A DNA stretch of 62,937 nt, counting the filler, from Craspedostauros australis (Eukaryota), in NCBI GenBank assembly GCA_030167865.1. It is 17 parts of 17 records of this genome, joined end to end, with 100 filler letters (N's around TTAATTAATTAA, not from the genome) between each part and the next. Parts side by side here need not be neighbours in the genome. Positions count along the whole stretch, not along the records: positions 1,120 to 29,385 come from JALAGF010003221.1; 16 more parts are not named here. One strand, given 5' to 3'. This document shows positions 11,023-21,900 of this stretch, in pieces. Position 1 is the stretch's first letter; each line of letters opens with the position of its first letter. The translations under genes and the position numbers were made by a program. The notes under the pieces were generated by a model. That model saw only the letters and a list, made by a program, of their open reading frames with translations, was not told the DNA's origin and did not search any database.

Positions 11023-12303
11023 GGTGTTGGTGATATGCTGCTGATGCTCTGATCGTGATCTCTCGTGGTGCAATGGGATATGCTACCGCTCTGTTGTTCA
11101 GAGGTTGTGCGCTTGTGTTTTTGTGACGAGAAAGTATGGCGCAAGTGGCTCCGTGTGGCAGAGTATGGTATCGCATTCAAACCTGGTATGATACGAGTGG
11201 ACACACAGGGAGATCACTGCACAAATAGAGCAGCAGGCAGAGCGCGAATGTGGCGTTGGGTCTGATTCACTGCTGGCAGACATTGCTGGAAGGTATGAGG
11301 AAGATCCAGATTCAACATGTTCATGCACCAACCACAAGATTCTGGCATGGGTGTGTTAACTACAAACGAACCTGCGCAAACGTCTGGTCCACCATAAATC
11401 TGAACGATCTTGCGACCAATAACACGTCACACTGGGATGCTGGATCACTCAGACATCGGTACCAACTTCCGGATAGCGTCATCACATTTTCACACAGAAC
11501 TCAACTCGACCAAACTCCACTCAACACAGAGCTGACCAATCACAGAGAGTCACCAACGGTCGCGCTCTCCCCTGCTGGGTGTCCCTGTTGGTTGGCGAAG
11601 TCGTATGACTATTGGCCCCATGTGCCTTTCACTTCGATTTCGACTTTCTGTTTGTATGAGGAGTCGTATGCTATCCAGTCAATCACCGGACCTCGCAAAG
11701 AGACAACACAACAATGACATCTGTTCTCTCCTTCTCTCTCTCTCTAGAGAGGGAGACAGAGAGAGACAGAGGACAGTTGAGAAATGCACCTGTTGCCTCC
11801 TTGTTTTCGTTTGCCTTCGGTGCGTCCTATGCAACTCATCTGCCCCTGCTGGATTTCGCAAAGGGTGTCGCATCTTTTCAACAAGATCGAAAAAAGCGTG
11901 TGGCACATCTCAAATACGGACGACGGTGAACAACATCGCCGAAACAGGTCGCTGGGAAAGAAGACTGGAAGATCTATCAGGATCAGCACAAAAGTCTCGG
12001 CGCGATGAATAGGAATCAAATCTCTCCAGGGCGGAGACACCATGTGTTGGCACCTCGAGAATGGGCGTTCTCGTAGGTTGACTGCGAATATTATGCAATG
12101 ACGACCGCCCATCCCCCAATGCATGGTGTCTCTCGTAGCAATGCCTCTGCCGCCATTCGAGCAATGAGCGGGGTGCCACAACATCGAGACGATTTTCCCA
12201 TCTTCCAATCACGCCGCATGTACAAGTGGTGAGCTTTCGCCTTCGCAATGTAACTCGACCACTGCTCGCATTGCGCAATTGCTGCCCAAACGCAAAGCAT
12301 CTA

Positions 12304-13758
12304 CTACGCCGTCGCATTCGCCATCAATGCCCGAAACTGCGTCACGTTGCAGTCAGCACGCTGCGTCATGCAGAAGGAGTGCAGCACAACATGACACACG
12401 GATCCCGGCTGTCCCGCATCGCCTTGTGTCAACGCGTTGTTGAGGTGCAGCGTGTGACTGTGCTGAAAGAGCTTCTTGCCGAACATTCCCGCGAGGCCTA
12501 ACTCCGTGTTTGTCAAGCATCGTGGTTTGACTTCGCGATATTGGAAAGGATACAGATAGGAATGGGGGTAGATGTGGATGAGGACATCCTGCTCTGTCAT
12601 CGTCGTCGCTGTGCTGCTACCGTCTTTGCCAAAATCCACCACGACGCCGCGCCGCCGCACCTGCAATTGCTGCACCGTTCTGGTGATGAGCTGCGGTCCG
12701 TTGGATCCCCAAACCTTGGCGTTGTACTTGCGAAAGTAATCCTGCAAGCACAGCTCCACGAAGATGCTGTGCGGCCGATCGAATTTGAGCACGGCGTTGT
12801 TGACGATGGTCATCTTCTTGTCTTCGTATCCTGCCACGTTGTCGGGCAGTGCGTCATGCATAGATCGCAGCAGGACGATGTCGGTGTCGATGTAAATGCC
12901 GCCAAAGAGGTAGAGCGCGGCCAGTCGCGTGAAATCGGAGAGATTGACGGTCCAGAACTTGGAATGGATGTGAAAGGAATCGAATTTGTCCAGGAATGTC
13001 TGCGTCTGTTCTCGAACGTTGCTCAACGTCGTGGTGTTGGTCTTGTTGTTGCTGCTTCTGCTGGAGCTGTCGTGTATACCAACTTCGGACGCAAACTCTG
13101 ATGCAAAATCACGGTCCAGCAGATCCCGAATGAGATCCTTGGCTTGGAATGGAACGATATGAATATCGCACTGATGCTTATCGATGAGATCCTGGAACGG
13201 CGCCGTCGTCAAGATGGGCTTTCGGCTTTCATCGCGATCGATGGGAACATGGATGAGGACGGATACGTTGTGGACGCCGTAATGATAGAAGATGGATTCG
13301 AGGCTCTTGCGATTGTTGGCATTGAAGGTGTCATCGCCCGTGGTGAAGACGAGATGAAAGATGATGGGGTGTTGCGGTGTGCCGCTGGAAATGGTACGTC
13401 GTTTTGCATTGGCTTGGATGATGTCGTGGCATGTTTGGTACCACTGGGATACTCGCAATGCTTGGATTCGTTGCTGCAGGTCTTGCTGTTGTTGCTGTTG
13501 CTGTTGCTGTTCGTGCAATTGCTGTTGTTCAGAAGAAGAAGACGACTCTAATGCTGCGGTCGAAGCAACATCTGTCGCTGTGAAGGCTCTGAAGATGGGA
13601 GCAGTGATGTTGGTGGTGAACGCAATGGATGACAGCGACAAGAAGATAATGAGCGCAAGTGTGATGATGGATCGTACCGATGCCCTCCCTTGGCCTTTTG
13701 GCGCATCTTTCATCGTCTTTGTGCTTGTATCATCGAGGGCGGTCGTTCGTGCGTTCAT
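12304..13758 (-). CDS. GT32 alpha-1,4-glycosyltransferase (A4GALT/A4GNT-like), type II membrane protein
   Basis: N-terminal TM anchor and Gln-rich stem. Motifs SLESIF, NLSDFTRLAALYLFGGIYIDTD (DxD), NNAVL, WGSNGPQLITR and LHLNN. Confidence 0.92.
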   Translation of the reverse strand: MNARTTALDDTSTKTMKDAPKGQGRASVRSIITLALIIFLSLSSIAFTTNITAPIFRAFTATDVASTAALESSSSSEQQQLHEQQQQQQQQQDLQQRIQALRVSQWYQTCHDIIQANAKRRTISSGTPQHPIIFHLVFTTGDDTFNANNRKSLESIFYHYGVHNVSVLIHVPIDRDESRKPILTTAPFQDLIDKHQCDIHIVPFQAKDLIRDLLDRDFASEFASEVGIHDSSSRSSNNKTNTTTLSNVREQTQTFLDKFDSFHIHSKFWTVNLSDFTRLAALYLFGGIYIDTDIVLLRSMHDALPDNVAGYEDKKMTIVNNAVLKFDRPHSIFVELCLQDYFRKYNAKVWGSNGPQLITRTVQQLQVRRRGVVVDFGKDGSSTATTMTEQDVLIHIYPHSYLYPFQYREVKPRCLTNTELGLAGMFGKKLFQHSHTLHLNNALTQGDAGQPGSVCHVVLHSFCMTQRADCNVTQFRALMANATA

Positions 13759-14392
13759 TAATCGCTGGTGCTTATGGTGGTGATGTTGCGTTTATTGTTG
13801 TCGACGGTGGTGTCGGTGATGTGGGATGATGAAGGAAAGAGCACCCTGTTGCAGAAATGTGGCGATTGTTGCGGTCACAATGATTTTTGCGAGAATGGTA
13901 TCGTGAGTGAATGTAACACAGGACTGCCGTGAACAATTAGTCGAGCTATTCGAATGCTTGACGTGGCAGTTTTAGAACAGTTGACACAGAAGTCGCCAGA
14001 ACCTCTTGCGTGTGGGTTTGGCAACGAGAGGCGTTCTTGGGCGCAGTTGCGGTTCTGGTGGTGATGTGGCGCTGTTGCGCTGTTCTGTGCTGCGCCATGG
14101 CGACGTTGTCATCGTCGTTGCTGTTGGACCCTTCCCGAGAGCGCACAAGAGTGGCAGAGCACTCCTTTGAACCCTGGAACCGTGGTACATGGGGTGTGAG
14201 AGTCAATGTTGATACAGAATACCCCAGAGAGAGAGAGAGAGAGAGAGAGAGCCCATTGAAGCTGTTTGAAAGGAAGAGAGGAAGAAAGACAGAGCAAAGA
14301 TACCACGCATCGCATTGAACATAATATAGTATTATACTATAGCAGAGCAGAGCGAGCACGAGAACGCGGACAGAATCGCAAGAGCGAGAACC

Positions 14393-16141
14393 ATGACGAA
14401 CATGGAATCATGCTGCGTGCCTGAATGCGCTCAGAGCAGCAGCAGCATTATCAGCATTGATCGATGCGATGGAGATTCGGAGGAAGGCAACCAGCGACAG
14501 GAAGTCCCACTGCGAGCATGCACAAGAAGAATGACTCAACGATCAGGCATGACAATGATGACAATGATGATGATGACCATGATGGTTATGATGATGGTGG
14601 ATGGAACCTCTGCCTTCAGCTGCCACCATCACAGTCATCACGGCCATCAGCGCCATCACAGCCAAACGAATGCCAATTCCAACAGCCAGACGGCACTGCG
14701 GGACATCTCCGAATGGCGAGATCTGTGGTTCGACGACTCCAATTCCGACGCCAACCAACCCGCAACGCTGACCACGCCATCTGCCGCCAACGATCCGCTG
14801 CCCAAACGCGAGATCTGCATCCTGCCGTTCCCGTACCAGGAGGTGCTGCTGCAGGGCGAGACGAAGCAGCTGCGGCTCTACGAGGACCGCTTCCTCCAGC
14901 TCTTCCAGCACGCCGTCGATCGACACTGCGGCGTCGTGGCCATGGGATTGCTGGCCGACACGGGCATCGTCAAGACCGTCTCGTTGTGCGAGCTCGAGGC
15001 CTACAACCGCCTCGACGGCTTTGGCATCTTCTGCACGATAAGGGTCGTGGGACGGGCCGAGCTGTGCGAGCTCACGCAGCAGGAGCCCTACCTCACGGCC
15101 TACTGTCGCGAGATCACGGATACGATACCCATCAATCTCGAGCTGCCCGATCTCATGGCGACGTCCGTCGAGACGGCCATCGGCACCATCGCCAAGATGG
15201 AGCAGCAGCTGGAGCAGGCCAAGCACGTCATTGATGATAAAGGCGAGGAGGATGCTGACAATGAGACTGCCAATGAGGATGGGGAGTTGAATGGCGAAGT
15301 GCTTGGCAACAACCTCAACAGCACCATGGTCAATGATGCTCACAAAGATGGCGGCGAGAACAATGCCACCGCTGCCAACGGTCAGGGCGTCAGCAGAACC
15401 AGTGGCATGGATCGAAGGATCCAAATTGCCAAGCTGGTAAGTGCTCTATTGTCTGGTGCTGTGCTACGTGCTATATTTTCACAAACATATACTTGCACGA
15501 ACATATACTTGCACGAACGTGTTCTTGTATGGTCCCGCGTGCATGTGTGCCTGCGTGCGTGGTATTCACTCATTCATTTTCTCTTTTTTTCTGTCACAAT
15601 TCCGTGCACGCCATGCATTGTCCACATCTTTTGACACAATCGTCGTACAACTCGCAATGCACCAATGCAACGCAATGCACAAAAGGAGGACCAATTCTAT
15701 GAGGAACAGGAATCAGCAACTCTCAGCTCGGATGGCAGTGACAATGAAGATGATGACGACGACGAGGATGATGATGACGAGGATGACGACGACATGGACC
15801 GACGCGGTCGATTCCGCGAGGCCTACAACATCGCGCTGGCCACAGACACGCAAGGATACCAGCTCTCCAAAATTGCCACGGCGCTCTGTAGCAATGATAG
15901 CAGCTTGCGTCGAGAACGTACGCCGCAACAGCTAGCCGCGATCAGCTGGGCCGCCTTCTGCACGGAACCATTCCCGGAACAGGATGCCACGGTGCGCATA
16001 CGGGCCTTGGATTGCGACAACCTCTTTGATCGGCTCAAGATGGCGATGCATATGCTGGGCGAGAAGAAAACGGCCCTCAAGAATGCCATGAAGGAAGCCG
16101 GGTTGAAGATATCCAACGAGGACACGGAAGATGATCTGTGA
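14393..16141 (+). CDS. LON-N (substrate-binding) domain protein, probably plastid-targeted; intron 15437-15685
   Basis: ILPFPYQEVLLQGETKQLRLYEDRF...IRVVGR is a LON_substr_bdg signature. The GTAAGT donor and AAG acceptor join in phase 0 with ORF 15665..16141. The true start may be about 14531-14549, giving a Met-rich signal followed by TSAF. Confidence 0.85.
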
Positions 16142-16372
16142 TTTGTGCGGGACATATATCCATACGTACAATACATTCCACCAAACGAAGATGATGAAGA
16201 TGAACAAGAAGCATAGAGAGCACTGCAATAATACATCCTGAAGACAACAAAGACGATAACGAGACTAACAGCACAATAAATTTTGCCAAAAGTTATTGCA
16301 TTCCACAACATGTCAGCTGCTCTATTCTGCACTCACCGAATACTTGTGCTGTGCGCTTTCGTGCACACGTGA

Positions 16373-17911
16373 TCAATCTCGTTTCTTCGCCCGCACCAAC
16401 GCCACCAGGTCACGATAGAACTCCTTCTCCAAACTAAGGAACAACGTTGCGATACCGATCACGCAACTGACGCCCACACCAATGTGCTGCAACGTCCGCA
16501 TCACCCACACCGCATCGCGCACGCTGTACGTCTCAAAGAAATCATCGTGGTGCAGCTGCGTCACCAACGAATACCGCGTCGCTACGTACGACGCCGCAAA
16601 GCACACTAGAATGACAGGATGCGGCACCAGCTTGCGCACGGGCCGCCCCGCGAACCACACCGAATACGCGGTGCGCAACGCCATGGCCAAACAATTGGCC
16701 GCGACGAGACCCACCGTGCCATACTGCCGCACCAACGCGGGTGCCGTGACGGCGAAGACGACGCCCGTCACCGTGTGGACGATGCCCAACTGCGTGATGG
16801 ACGTCGCGACGGCGTAGACGTAGGCCTCCGTCATGCCGTTGCAGGCCAGGAAGGCCGTGTAAACGCAGAATGCGCTTAATGTGCGTGACGCTTCGGGATT
16901 GCGCGCCCATGTGGGGCCCGCCACGATGTGCAGCAGGATGCTCGTGTAGTTGGTGGCGAAGCATGCAAAGACGCACCCGATGTAGACGACGAGCTTGACG
17001 AGGATCGTGTAGGAGCGCTGCGCGTGCTGCGATTTCGTCCACAACAGTCGGGAATTCTCTTCCAAGGGCTGGAAGAGGAGACGCGCCGCCATGCCGCCGT
17101 ACGCGCTGGCCATGGCGTAGACGCCCTGATCGTAGCTCGTGCTGATCCACGTCAAGACGATCTTGTCGGCCTCCGTCAGCAGGTGCTTGAAGAAGCCTTG
17201 CAGCGTGAAGCTCAGCGTGAGCTTGGCGATGTGCACGTCTTCTTGCGTCATGGCCATGGACGGTGCTCGCAGATGCGGCCACGCCTTGTGGTACATGTAG
17301 ACGGCGAACGTGACGCCGTATCCCAACTGCGCCAACCCGAAGATGGTGACGCTGCTGCTCTGCAGCCCGACGGTGAGGATGGACTTGACGATCGTCGCCA
17401 ATCCTTCGGCCTGGATGCGCTTCGAGATGTCCATCTGGCACAGAAAATGCAGCACGGCAGGTTCCGCGATGCCTTCGCACCAAGATGCGAGGCAGTAGAG
17501 CAGGCCAGCATGATGGAAATCGACGTCCGACGCATGCATGCGATGATGCCGCAGGGCCGCGCCGCCCGCTAGCACGGTCGTGACGGGAATCGTCCACCAT
17601 CCCACTGACGACGTCTGTGTTGCGCGCGTGCAGGATAATCGGAATCCCTCGCGGCTGATGAAGAGGATGGTGGACAGCAGCAGCTCGAGCTGGATGTTGG
17701 CCCTGCCCAGCACTTCGGGATTGGAGACGAGGCGGAACGTGAGCTGCGACAGTCCGAAGCTGAAGATGCGGAAGAGGAAGGAGATCAATGTCCCACGCGC
17801 AGCAGCGTTGCCGAATGTGGATGATGACGATGATGGTGGTGGTGTTGGCTTGGCATCTTGCGCTTTGGCATCTTCATCATCATCTTTTGTGGTGGTTACT
17901 TCCGATGACAT
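16373..17911 (-). CDS. RFT1: Man5GlcNAc2-PP-dolichol translocation protein RFT1
   Basis: LELLLSTILFISREGFR, KHLLTEADK, DQGVYAMASAYGGMAARLLFQPLEE and LACNGMTEA motifs. Multi-TM protein with C-terminal KKRD. Confidence 0.95.
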   Translation of the reverse strand: MSSEVTTTKDDDEDAKAQDAKPTPPPSSSSSTFGNAAARGTLISFLFRIFSFGLSQLTFRLVSNPEVLGRANIQLELLLSTILFISREGFRLSCTRATQTSSVGWWTIPVTTVLAGGAALRHHRMHASDVDFHHAGLLYCLASWCEGIAEPAVLHFLCQMDISKRIQAEGLATIVKSILTVGLQSSSVTIFGLAQLGYGVTFAVYMYHKAWPHLRAPSMAMTQEDVHIAKLTLSFTLQGFFKHLLTEADKIVLTWISTSYDQGVYAMASAYGGMAARLLFQPLEENSRLLWTKSQHAQRSYTILVKLVVYIGCVFACFATNYTSILLHIVAGPTWARNPEASRTLSAFCVYTAFLACNGMTEAYVYAVATSITQLGIVHTVTGVVFAVTAPALVRQYGTVGLVAANCLAMALRTAYSVWFAGRPVRKLVPHPVILVCFAASYVATRYSLVTQLHHDDFFETYSVRDAVWVMRTLQHIGVGVSCVIGIATLFLSLEKEFYRDLVALVRAKKRD

Positions 17912-18426
17912 GGCGGATGGATATGAATGATGTCACTGGAATGAATGATGCTACTGGCTGGTGGATGCTGTGAATACCAGAGTACTCGTATAATAGAATG
18001 GAAGAACAAGGAGAAGAAGACAATGGAGAGCGGAAGCTGCAACCATACGAGTATGTATTGCTATGGTATGATACATCCCAGAGAAGAGAATGGAAGTATG
18101 GCGCAAACGCAGTTGGAGTTTGGTTGATGTGTGATGGACATCATCATGGTCATCCACGATTGAATTGCGTTTGTGGGACTGAAAGCATCAAACACAAACG
18201 AGAGAAGGAGATTGGAAACTGACTCACTCGACCACGTTGTCTTCCACTTGTCGTGCTCACGTCAGTTGCGGTTGTGGTTGTGAGGATTTCTCTGCTGATG
18301 GCCATGACACAGAAACTCCAAGAGAAATCGAACATCACGCAGCTGTTTGGTCGATGATGGCGATGGTGATGGCGATGACGAAGTCAAGAGAGAGCTGAGT
18401 TGAGTTGAGTTGATGCCTTTGTTGTT

Positions 18427-18457
<31 letters not shown>

Positions 18458-18657
18458 CCATTAGACATCGATCACATCAACCAAACGAGAGGAAGACAGA
18501 GAAGCTTTTCCATCGGAAGAGAGTCAGTCAGTGACAATCAATACTCCACTTGACGAGATCCATCTCCATCGTCATCTCAGTCACGAGACAGAAGACATTG
18601 ATTGCATCTCAACAACACAAATCCAACACAATCCAATCCAATCCAATACTCAACGAT

Positions 18658-18741
18658 AGCATTCCATTGAGCATTCCATTGAGCATTCCATTGAGCAATC
18701 TATCGAGCAATCTATCGAGCAATCTATCGAGCATTCCATTG
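18658..18741 (+). repeat. Compound 12-bp minisatellite (AGCATTCCATTG)x3 (AGCAATCTATCG)x3 plus one more unit, upstream of the gene at 18783
   Basis: Read directly from the sequence. Confidence 0.85.
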
Positions 18742-18782
18742 CGTGCCATCACACAGGAGCAGTGCACTAATATTCAGAAACG

Positions 18783-20742
18783 ATGTTTGTCCACCACCAT
18801 GCCGCGCTTGCGCTGTGTCTGATGACATCATCGGCCTCGGCCTTCCAGGTGCCCTTGCCATCACAGTCAATCACTAGCGTTAGCAGCACGGAATTGATGG
18901 CCAAAAGCCGCAAGGCCAATCGCAAGACGGAGCAGAAGATCTCCCAGAGCCGCCCCAACAAATTCTTCGAAGCCATCGAAGATGCGCAAGGCAAGGAGAT
19001 CCCGTTCGAGGACAATCCCAAGAAGAAGAAGAAAAACAAGAAGGATAAGAAGAACAAGAAGAAGGACGAGCCACCACCGCAGCAGCTGTCCGAAGCCGAG
19101 CAGAAGATCCAGGAGCGCCCGCTCGTCTCCACCTCGATCATCGATGAGGAAACCGGCATGGTCATCGTGCAGCAGGGACAGAAGGTCATGGACGTCGTCA
19201 CGCGCAAGGCCGTCAAGCTCAGCGATCTGGGACCCGAGTACCGTCTCGCGCAGATGTTCCCGGGCGTGCCGCCGGATGTGCGTGAGAAGTACCGCTTCGA
19301 TTGGCCCAACATCGAGGTGCCGCAGATGGTCGAGGAGCTGCGTGCGGCGTGCTCCGTCAAATTGCCAGGTTCCGACGAACGCGGCATCCCGGAACATCCC
19401 AACGTCGCCAGCAAGGCCATCGACTTCATCCTCGCCAACCGCGATTACCTGGGATACAGCATGAAGCTGACGCTGTGCCGCTTCCAGCTCAGCGCCATGT
19501 CCAACGGCAACAAGGAGGAGGCCGAAAAGTACGAGAAGTTCTTTCACAATTTCCTCACGCTCGAAAATCACATCTCGGCGCCGTTCCGACAGATCATACA
19601 GGACTCCGAGGCGCGCATCGGACCCAACTTTGGCAACCTCGATCTCCCCTCCTTCGCCAACGGCCACCTCTACGAGCGCATCGCCAACTACATCGTCCTC
19701 AAGGGCATGGTCGCGCACTGGGAGACGAAGGTCGTCGACGCCGATTTCGTCGAACGCACGGAGGAAACGCCCGAGAATGAGATGGAGATCATCGCTCGCG
19801 GCGATCCCAACCGCTACCTGCCCGATCCGCCCATCCTCTACACGTTGAAGGAATGCACGCAGGTCTGTGCCATGGCGCAGCAAATGTGCGTCGCATTCAC
19901 GAGCGACGCCGAGCTCTTCGCCGACTTTCCACCCGAGATCGCCTTCTTCGAACAGGCCATGTCGATCAAGGGCGGCACGGCGTTGCGCGAGTACATGATC
20001 AACGACTTTTGTCCGCAGCGCGGCATCACGCCGGAGGGATTGCGCGAAGGCATGCGACGATGGTACCAGCAGATGGGCAACATGCAGATCGATCCTTACG
20101 CCGACCTCACAATGAAGATTCACGAACTCCATCGTGCCATGGCCATCGGCACTCCCGATTGCGAGAGCCAGCGCAGTCCTTACGATCCATACCTGCACAC
20201 GATTGAGGGAGAAAATCCGGCGCCGTTCCAGACTTACACCTTCAATCATGCCAAGTTGTCGATCGTGCGATTTTTGGACATGAAATACGTGTCGGCCCAG
20301 GAACGCGCCGAAGCGCAGATGACGAAAGCCGATCTCGAAGATCAAGATGAAGGCGGAGTGAGTATTCTTCAATTGGGGTGTTGCGCACAGTTTGCAGCTG
20401 AATTTGGTGCAGTTCCATTGATTGATTGTTTCAATGTTTTGCTGGATCACGCGTCTCACGCTGTTGCCTTTCCGTTTGTTTGTCGTCAATGCCAAACAAT
20501 ACCCATCCCACAATCAATGACAGATGCAGTTCGATTTGTTCGGAATGGGCGAATCGAACGAGAGGAACTTGCGTCCCGAACAACCCGCGGAGGAAGAGGA
20601 ATGGGTCTACGAGGTCCCCGAAGAACGTGCTGTGGGGCGTCCGCATGAACTGGGATGGTTGAACATGCTCGATAAGGATCCATCCGAGATCGTTCGAATG
20701 GGGGACATCCCATCGGGTAGAATCATCATGGAGGAAGACTAG
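18783..20742 (+). CDS. Plastid-targeted protein of unknown function (about 597 aa); intron 20358-20523
   Basis: Signal peptide plus ASAF motif (SSASAFQVP) and strong GC3 codon bias. The GTGAGT donor and CAG acceptor join in phase 0 to ORF 20524..20742. Confidence 0.85.
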
Positions 20743-21153
20743 TTTGCTCCAGAGGGTGGATTGCAGTGGAGTAACGGAGATCAAGAGAGAGCGAGAGAGA
20801 GAGAGGGAGCGACGACGACGACGAGAGGATGACACGTAACACTCTACTGGCACTGACACTGACACTGCCACTAACACCATTGCAAGAACACTTGCTATTG
20901 TGACTAGCACAACACAGCCAAAAACACTAGCACGTCAAGATGGAATTGCGCAATTACATTTCTGTCTGGAGAGAGTATAGTGCTCTATTGCGATACTTCG
21001 AATACAATTCCTCCTATTATTATCTAACAACAATTACGAGTGCGACGAGCATTCCTTTATTTTTTGTCCACGAGCATATACTACACTCGTCGAAGCGCTC
21101 ACTACCACATCCATCCTGCTCTCTCCCTCTCTCTCTGTCTGTCCGCAGAGTTA

Positions 21154-21459
21154 TTATTCACCGCCCCCAACTGCTGCTGCCGCCGCCTTCGTCGTCGTCG
21201 ACTCGACGCCGCTGGACGTCACGTACGCTATCACGCGAGTCATCCACATCAACCCCGTCACGCTCAGAATGACGACGCCGGCCATGATCAGGATGGCCTT
21301 CGTGCGATGCTTGCGACCCGAATTGCGCAGCTTCACCACGCGCACGACATCATGCTGCAGCTCCGTCACCACCTCCTTGTCGGGTGTTGCGGCATCCTCC
21401 GTCACGGCGATGCCCGATCGCAGTTGGTACTCAAAGTCCAGTTCCTCCAAGTCGTTCAT
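21154..21459 (-). CDS. Possible small single-pass membrane protein (or last exon of a gene)
   Basis: 101-aa ORF with coding-like codon use and a hydrophobic segment AILIMAGVVILSVTGLMWM preceded by basic residues. Confidence 0.4.
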   Translation of the reverse strand: MNDLEELDFEYQLRSGIAVTEDAATPDKEVVTELQHDVVRVVKLRNSGRKHRTKAILIMAGVVILSVTGLMWMTRVIAYVTSSGVESTTTKAAAAAVGGGE

Positions 21460-21900
21460 CGTCTTCTTCCGTTTTGTGAGGACTTTGCGATGTTTCGCGG
21501 AATTGTATCGTGGCTAGGTCAAATGTTGCGGGACTTACATGGATGACACGATGGACTCAACTGTGACACCTCGAATCACACGACTACAGCTCCAAGGATT
21601 TTGGTCATGTTGAAGTTCGCCGACACACGCGTCGTTTCGCTGGTTTGGTGGAATGCGCAACATGCCGAACGTGGACCGAACAAATGAAATGACCACCGAT
21701 CATTCTGTTGACACCGTGCATCAATTTGGATCCGAAGAAACAACGACGCCAACAAAGACGGCAACCATGATCAGAGCCAAAGAACGCGTGACATCTTCAG
21801 CCTCTGGAGCCATTCCGCACCATCCAAATCACTTTCCCACAACAATTTGCACGGCGATCACATTCATTCGATTGCTGCAAGAGAGAGAAACAGAGGCAAG

